Position numbers and translations under genes: made by a program. The notes under the pieces were generated by a model. The model did no database searches, was not told where the DNA came from, and was given only the letters and a program-made list of their open reading frames with translations. Positions 24,290 to 26,977 of a stretch of DNA of 26,977 nt are shown piece by piece (position 1 is the first letter of the stretch; every line of letters starts with the position of its first letter). Origin of the DNA: Chthoniobacteraceae bacterium (GTDB lineage Bacteria; Verrucomicrobiota; Verrucomicrobiia; Chthoniobacterales; Chthoniobacteraceae); NCBI GenBank assembly GCA_040081625.1, contig JBEBGD010000076.1:1-26977 (forward strand). Direction: 5' to 3'.

Positions 24290-24868
24290 TTAGCGGGGAA
24301 GCAGCCGTCCGGTGCGCTGCACGTAGGCTTCGTATTCGGCGCCGAATCGATCGAGCATCAGTCGTTCTTCATGCGCGACTCGGAAGAGATAGAGCAGACC
24401 GAAAGAGAGCAGGTAGGCCGGGGCGACGATCCAATTTGGCACGAACAACAAGTGGGCAATGCCGAGGAGAAACATCGCGGAATACATCGGATGACGGATG
24501 CGGCGGTAGATGCCCTCGGTGATGAGGCGATGGTCTTCGCGCGTCTGGAGCGTGACCGACCAGTTCGTGCCGAGATCGGCGTGCGAACGATGAAACAGCC
24601 AAAGCCCGGCGACCATGAGCAGGAGCCCGAGCGCATAGGGCAGGGGCTGCAGCATGAAGTCCGCGTGCGATGGAAAACCGGTGACGGCCCAGACCAGCGG
24701 CAGGATCGCCGAGCCGATCCACGCCCCGGTCAGCAGCACGATTTCCAATCCGCCATTCCGATCTTCCTTGATCGGCACGGCGGCGTTGCGACGGCCATGC
24801 GGAGCCCGGATGACGATGTATGCGAGCAGGCAGACGAGGACGGCGATTTTTCCGAACCAGGGATTCTT
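24290..24868 (-). CDS. Isoprenylcysteine carboxyl methyltransferase (ICMT) family membrane protein; canonical start codon absent
   Basis: LGTNWS...HRLITEGIYRRIRHPMYS...EERLMLDRFGAEYEAY..RTGRLLP. The frame continues upstream of the track's GTG 24778 through a further TM helix, KNPWFGKIAVLVCLLAYIVIRAPHG, to an AAG at 24868. Confidence 0.85.
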   Translation of the reverse strand, partial: KNPWFGKIAVLVCLLAYIVIRAPHGRRNAAVPIKEDRNGGLEIVLLTGAWIGSAILPLVWAVTGFPSHADFMLQPLPYALGLLLMVAGLWLFHRSHADLGTNWSVTLQTREDHRLITEGIYRRIRHPMYSAMFLLGIAHLLFVPNWIVAPAYLLSFGLLYLFRVAHEERLMLDRFGAEYEAYVQRTGRLLPR

Positions 24869-24959
24869 GATGTGAATTGCGTCAGGGCGAGGGCCGCGCC
24901 CGGTCGCGGGGAATTCAAGCGAGCCCAGAAATCGATGTCAGCAGGAATTCGACGGCGTG

Positions 24960-26183
24960 TCAGCGTTCGTAGATCTTCGCGGCGCTCGTAAAGCCGGGCG
25001 TGTCTGCGGCGGTCTGGCCGGGGAAGACTTCGAGCTTCAGCTTCCGCGCGCCGAGGAGTTGCGCGAGCAGTGTGCCGTGGAAGCGCTCGTCGGATCGCGT
25101 GAAGGGGTTTCCGGTGCGGCTGTCGATGTTTGGCGCGACGAGTTCGTATTTCACGATGCCGTCCGTCCCGCTCACTTGCGCCGGGTCGGACGCATTTCCG
25201 CGCACGGCGAACTGCTGCGCGCGGCCATCGAGTTCGCCGATGGAGATGATGATCTGCGACGGCGCGATGTGGTGATACGCGAACGTGAGATGCCCGACCC
25301 AGTAGTCCCATCGGCGGTCGAGTCCCGCGTAGCCGCCGGTGCCTTCGCGATACCAATTTCCGGCGAGCCGCCCGTCGATGTCGTAGTCGATCTTCCCGCC
25401 GAGCGGCGGCGTCTTGCGCGCGTTGAAAGCGAGCAGCTTTCCGCGCAGCGGCTCGTCGATGTGGTCGAATGGATCGACGACGTGCGGCTTCCACTGGTCG
25501 CGCTTGAGGAATTGCTCCGGCACGACGAAGCCCTTGCGCGTAGTGGTCGTGTCGATCAGCGCGAAGTCGAACGTGAATCCGCCGCGCACCTTGCCGATGA
25601 CCTGTCCGGCTTTGACCGGGATGCGCACCTGCGTCGGCTGTCCGGGCTGAAGCTCGCGGCCGACCTGCTTTTGAATCTCCGCGTCGAGCGCGACGAGATG
25701 ATCCACGTAGCTCCAGCACGTCGCCGTGTGTTCGAGCGTGACCTTCAAATCAACCGCGCGGTCGAACACGCTCGGATCGAACTGCGCTTGCCCGCCCGGC
25801 GGATTCGGCCGCCACTGGATGACGACGATCCGCCCGTCCGCGACCGCGAGCACATCGTAGAGCTTGCTCTTATCCGGCGACTCCTTCGCGACGAGGTAGA
25901 GGTGATCGTTCGGCGTCACGTGCCCGCTTGCCATCATGCCCATCGGGTTGATGCGGCTGATGTCTTCGACGCGTAGCGGAAAGGTCTTCAACTTCACCGG
26001 CCCACTGCCCTCGGCCTGCCCGCTGCTCCACATCCGGCTCACCATCTCCGCCGTCGTCTGCGCAAATGTTGGCCACAGGAGAATCAGCGCGAACGACACT
26101 GTAGCCGCGGCTCTCTGAGCCGCGATGGCGATGGGCCCTCCGGCGCGGCTCAGAGAGCCGCGGCTACAGCGGCTACCGTTCAT
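24960..26183 (-). CDS. Secreted hypothetical protein with an M23/LytM-like (duplicated hybrid) fold; paralogue 2
   Basis: GHVTPNDHLY...VLAVADGRIV...SYVDHL...VKAGQVIG...FDF. Hydrophobic VSFALILLWPTFAQ near the N-terminus. Start uncertain (ATG 26183 or GTG 26099). Confidence 0.7.
   Translation of the reverse strand: MNGSRCSRGSLSRAGGPIAIAAQRAAATVSFALILLWPTFAQTTAEMVSRMWSSGQAEGSGPVKLKTFPLRVEDISRINPMGMMASGHVTPNDHLYLVAKESPDKSKLYDVLAVADGRIVVIQWRPNPPGGQAQFDPSVFDRAVDLKVTLEHTATCWSYVDHLVALDAEIQKQVGRELQPGQPTQVRIPVKAGQVIGKVRGGFTFDFALIDTTTTRKGFVVPEQFLKRDQWKPHVVDPFDHIDEPLRGKLLAFNARKTPPLGGKIDYDIDGRLAGNWYREGTGGYAGLDRRWDYWVGHLTFAYHHIAPSQIIISIGELDGRAQQFAVRGNASDPAQVSGTDGIVKYELVAPNIDSRTGNPFTRSDERFHGTLLAQLLGARKLKLEVFPGQTAADTPGFTSAAKIYER
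26099..26169. repeat. GTAG-family REP doublet (REPIN-like)
   Basis: Perfect 26-bp inverted repeat: CTGTAGCCGCGGCTCTCTGAGCCGCG (26099-26124) and its reverse complement (26144-26169), with a 19-nt spacer. Each arm is GTAG plus its own hairpin CGCGGCTC-TCT-GAGCCGCG. Confidence 0.88.
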
Positions 26184-26977
26184 AAATCCGTGCCGCGCTC
26201 GTAAAGCCACTGACATCCGCCGCTGTCTTGCCGGGGAAGACTTCGAACTTCAGCCGCCGCCCCGGCAGCACCTGTGCGAGCGCGGTGCCTCGCACGGTTT
26301 GAGTCATGCCTTCGAAAGGTTGGCCGCTGTTGTTGAGTTGGCTCCAGATCAGCTCGTATTTCACCACGCCGTCCTTCTCGCCGATCGTCGCCGGATCGGG
26401 CGCGTTGCCTTTCACCCAAAACTGCGCGGGCTTGCCGGCGAAGTCGCCGATGCTCACGACGATCTTCGTCGGATCGAGGTGATGCGGCGCGAACGCGAGA
26501 TGTCCGACCCAGTAATCCATGCGCCGATTCAAGCCCGCGTAGCCGCCGCTGCCCTCGCGATACCAATTGCCCGCGAGCGTGCCGTCCACGTCGTAGTCGA
26601 TCCGCCCGCCGCGCGGCTCGGAGGTTCGCGGGTTGAGCGCGAGCAACCGTGCGCGCATCGGTTGGTCCACGAATGGAAACGGATCGGTGACGTGCAGCTT
26701 CCATGGGTCGCGCTCGCGGAAGCGCGCGGGCTCGATGAAACCGCGCAGCGTGGACTCCGTGTCGATCACGGTGAAATCGACGCCGTGTCCGCCGCCCGTG
26801 CGGCCGATCAACTGGCCTGCCTTTACCGGAATGCGCACACCGACCGGCGGGCCCGCGGGCGGCAGTCCGCCGGCAGCGGCGATGATGCTTTCGTCGAGCC
26901 GATCGATGAGCCCGAACCACGTGTAAAACGTCGCCGAGTGCTCGATGACGATGCGGTATTCGCCGTTGTATGAACGC
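26173..26977 (-). CDS. Hypothetical protein, tandem paralogue 1 of 24960..26183; 5' end outside the window
   Basis: The frame is open to the window edge (RSYNGEYRIVIEHSATFYTWFGLID...). It shares RIPVKAGQ, LAGNWYREG.GGYAGL.RR.DYWVGHL and GFTSAA.IYER* with its neighbour. Confidence 0.85.
   Translation of the reverse strand, partial: RSYNGEYRIVIEHSATFYTWFGLIDRLDESIIAAAGGLPPAGPPVGVRIPVKAGQLIGRTGGGHGVDFTVIDTESTLRGFIEPARFRERDPWKLHVTDPFPFVDQPMRARLLALNPRTSEPRGGRIDYDVDGTLAGNWYREGSGGYAGLNRRMDYWVGHLAFAPHHLDPTKIVVSIGDFAGKPAQFWVKGNAPDPATIGEKDGVVKYELIWSQLNNSGQPFEGMTQTVRGTALAQVLPGRRLKFEVFPGKTAADVSGFTSAARIYER

Noticed and set aside
24960..26977. Paralogue pair as the template/variable repeats of a diversity-generating retroelement
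   Set aside because: Both are long coding frames, the differences are not adenine-specific, and no reverse transcriptase is in the window.
1..26977. Prophage, defence system, rRNA/tRNA or autonomous IS
   Set aside because: No recognisable motifs were found. The amidase is a lipoprotein coupled to pyrF with no holin or phage genes.

Overview
High-GC bacterial chromosomal window, most likely Verrucomicrobiota. This rests on the PVC-type L28 carrying the GLAKKKGGIG insert, the many secreted hydrolases and the minor-pilin cassette. It holds about 31 real CDSs; most other ORFs in the track are antisense shadows. Left to right: ABC ATPase (runs off the window), S10 carboxypeptidase, COG0523/CobW GTPase, a 70-aa unknown protein co-transcribed with rpmB (L28), NAD-dependent epimerase, secreted hypothetical protein, and a PilV/PilW/PilX-like triplet. 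A somewhat lower-GC block follows (gene remnant, Golvesin-like+FN3+BNR protein, NlpC/P60-like protein, GNAT). Then come a BNR beta-propeller / MoaD-ThiS ubiquitin-like / Tat intradiol dioxygenase run, amidase-pyrF-rhodanese, alpha/beta hydrolase plus sialate O-acetylesterase, PHP metallohydrolase, DUF1810, a CBM-like secreted protein, MOSC plus CoA-binding protein, a lipoprotein, an ICMT-family methyltransferase lacking a canonical start codon, and two tandem M23-fold-like paralogues. I saw no rRNA, tRNA, CRISPR array, integrase, transposase or reverse transcriptase. The best candidates for unexplained biology are the cytoplasmic BNR propeller + ubiquitin-like pair, a 113-bp heptamer-armed insertion with a 5-bp duplication sitting exactly at their junction, several REP/REPIN-like palindromic elements, a long stem enclosing the COG0523 leader, and the small protein in the L28 operon. 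All family assignments come from motif recognition, not database searches.
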